From positions 15,118,597 through 15,182,596 of the forward strand of contig NC_057751.1 of assembly GCF_004010195.1 (NCBI RefSeq): a DNA stretch of 64,000 nucleotides, read 5' to 3'. Source of the DNA: Chiloscyllium plagiosum. Lineage: Eukaryota. The position numbers and the translations under genes are program-made. The notes beneath the pieces were generated by a model. It saw nothing but the letters and a program-made list of their open reading frames with translations, did not search any database and was not told where the DNA came from. This document shows, piece after piece, positions 62,386-64,000 of the stretch; position 1 is the stretch's first letter; each line of letters starts with the position of its first letter.

Positions 62386-64000
62386 CCCAAACTTGACTGT
62401 GTGTACGCTTCAAGATTGTGATGCATAGCACCCATTTGGAATTGAGACTGACTCATTTTGTTTTTTAAAATGCATGTTATAAGTAAGCCTTCATTAATTT
62501 TAAACAGTTTACAATTGTTGTCACTGTTATATAAATTTCATTCCAAATGTTTACCCTATGTTGACACCTCCCGAACGGCATTTTCAGCCTTTCCTGTTGT
62601 TTATTCTAGTGAAATTGGAAATAAATGCTTCATGAACATGCTAGCAAGTACCCAGGAGCAGAAATCTTCATAAACTCATTCACAGCATCACAGAGGAATT
62701 CTTATCGTGTAGTTAGGTCATCCAAGAGCTGGTGTTTCAAAAATACTTGCAACATTCTACAGCAAGGTAAATACTAATAGTAAAGTGAAAAGCAAGGCTC
62801 AAATATTCATTGCAGGATGTAAAGGTAAGGACTCTCTTATCGTATCAGTGTTGGTATTTATATTTTGCACAGCTCAAAGAGCAAAACTATATTTAACCTT
62901 GACTGTGATCAAAGTGCTAGATGGCACTCATTCAGCATTGACTTTTATTGATAGATTCAAAGAAGTAGCTGTGAGAGTAAACGTCCATTAGCATAAGGTT
63001 AATTTGATTTTAGAAGTTGCAGTGGCCAGAAACATTTACTGAAACACTGTGCAATTGGAGCAACACAAAAATGTAAGCTGTTGGATGCAGCTGGACAGTG
63101 TTCTATTAGCAGAAATTGGAAATTGTTCTTGAGTTTTGAAGATTATCTCAAAGACTTGACAGACCCTTATAAAAAGGAATAACATCGAAGCAAATCTTTT
63201 TCTTAATATCAGAAATGCACCCTTTCATACCTGCACCATTTTCTCTTGAATAGATAGATTCACTGGCTGAGGTTTGCTCTGGAATTTATATTTAGGGTTA
63301 TGTGCTGTTGAAGATTGTATATTGTTCAAGCCTACCCTTCAGGTTCCTGAATTTCATGATTTGTTCCAACCAAGAAGAAATACATTACTTGGAAATAACA
63401 TTAACAAATGCAAACTAAGGGTAATTCTATTCTAATTATTAGTCAATCAAACCAGAATGTACCCAATACACTGACACACAGCAACGATCCAACTAGGCTT
63501 TTATGTAAGGTCAAAGTTTTCCATGGTGTTTGATTGTGGAAATGAAACCACTTTTGTTCATTTTTCATTCTACACAATTTAAATCTAAACCATTCTAAAT
63601 TTTCTCCAAAAATTACTGGTTCTGTCTGTGTAGAGTTGGTTAAATCCCACTTGGATTACAATTGGGGCAATTAAGGTAACTAGTAAGAAGATCATGATCC
63701 AGCATTGAGTGAGAACAGAATCAGACTCAGCTGTGGTGTGTCCTGCAGGGCTCCACTGTGCTGATGTTCCACTCTAACAAATGGTGTGCGAATGAGTACC
63801 AGATGGTTAACTGTTGCTCATGAAACAGGACATTGATAAAAGACAGTGGAATACAGATTCCTCAGGCTCGAGTGATCTCCCATTGTAACTTGAGTAGGAG
63901 ATCAGAGGAAACCCAAGAGAAATAAGTGACAGTAGATTAGGAATTGCTTTCCCCTTGCACTTCTGCCTTGTGTCTTCACAAAGTAAGGGGAGAAACTCAG

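Noticed and set aside
63225-63390. Minus-strand donor-like cag|gtatg as a candidate DKK4 exon 3 end
   Set aside because: The required reading frame contains a stop about 55 nt upstream and shows no DKK similarity.

Overview
Repeat-rich vertebrate genomic DNA. The HE1-type tRNA SINEs, CR1 LINEs and Penelope-type repeats point to a cartilaginous fish, probably a shark (inference). The + strand carries the last three coding exons of DNA polymerase beta (POLB exons 12-14: 37699-37763, 43139-43278, 57775-57869), with canonical splice sites and the same exon sizes and phases as human. The - strand carries the last coding exon of a Dickkopf gene, best read as DKK4 (61708-61961), tail-to-tail with POLB as in mammals. 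Everything upstream of 37699 appears to be one long POLB intron. It and the later introns are filled with CR1/L2 LINE fragments (one near full length at about 43880-47955), SINEs and two assembly gaps. The most interesting signal is a set of short Penelope-like terminal-repeat insertions from at least three unrelated sequence families. They carry a minimal hammerhead-ribozyme core (CUGANGA-x-stem II-GAAA-short palindrome-NUH), lost by deletion in one copy. Most are inserted as fold-back hairpins that turn at the ribozyme, are flanked by 7-15 bp target-site duplications, and are often nested in other repeats. One family is still attached to a GIY-YIG endonuclease remnant. There is also a local inverted duplication of unique-looking DNA flanked by a 10 bp direct repeat (51561-51949). 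Repeat boundaries are approximate, and family names come from recognition rather than database searches.
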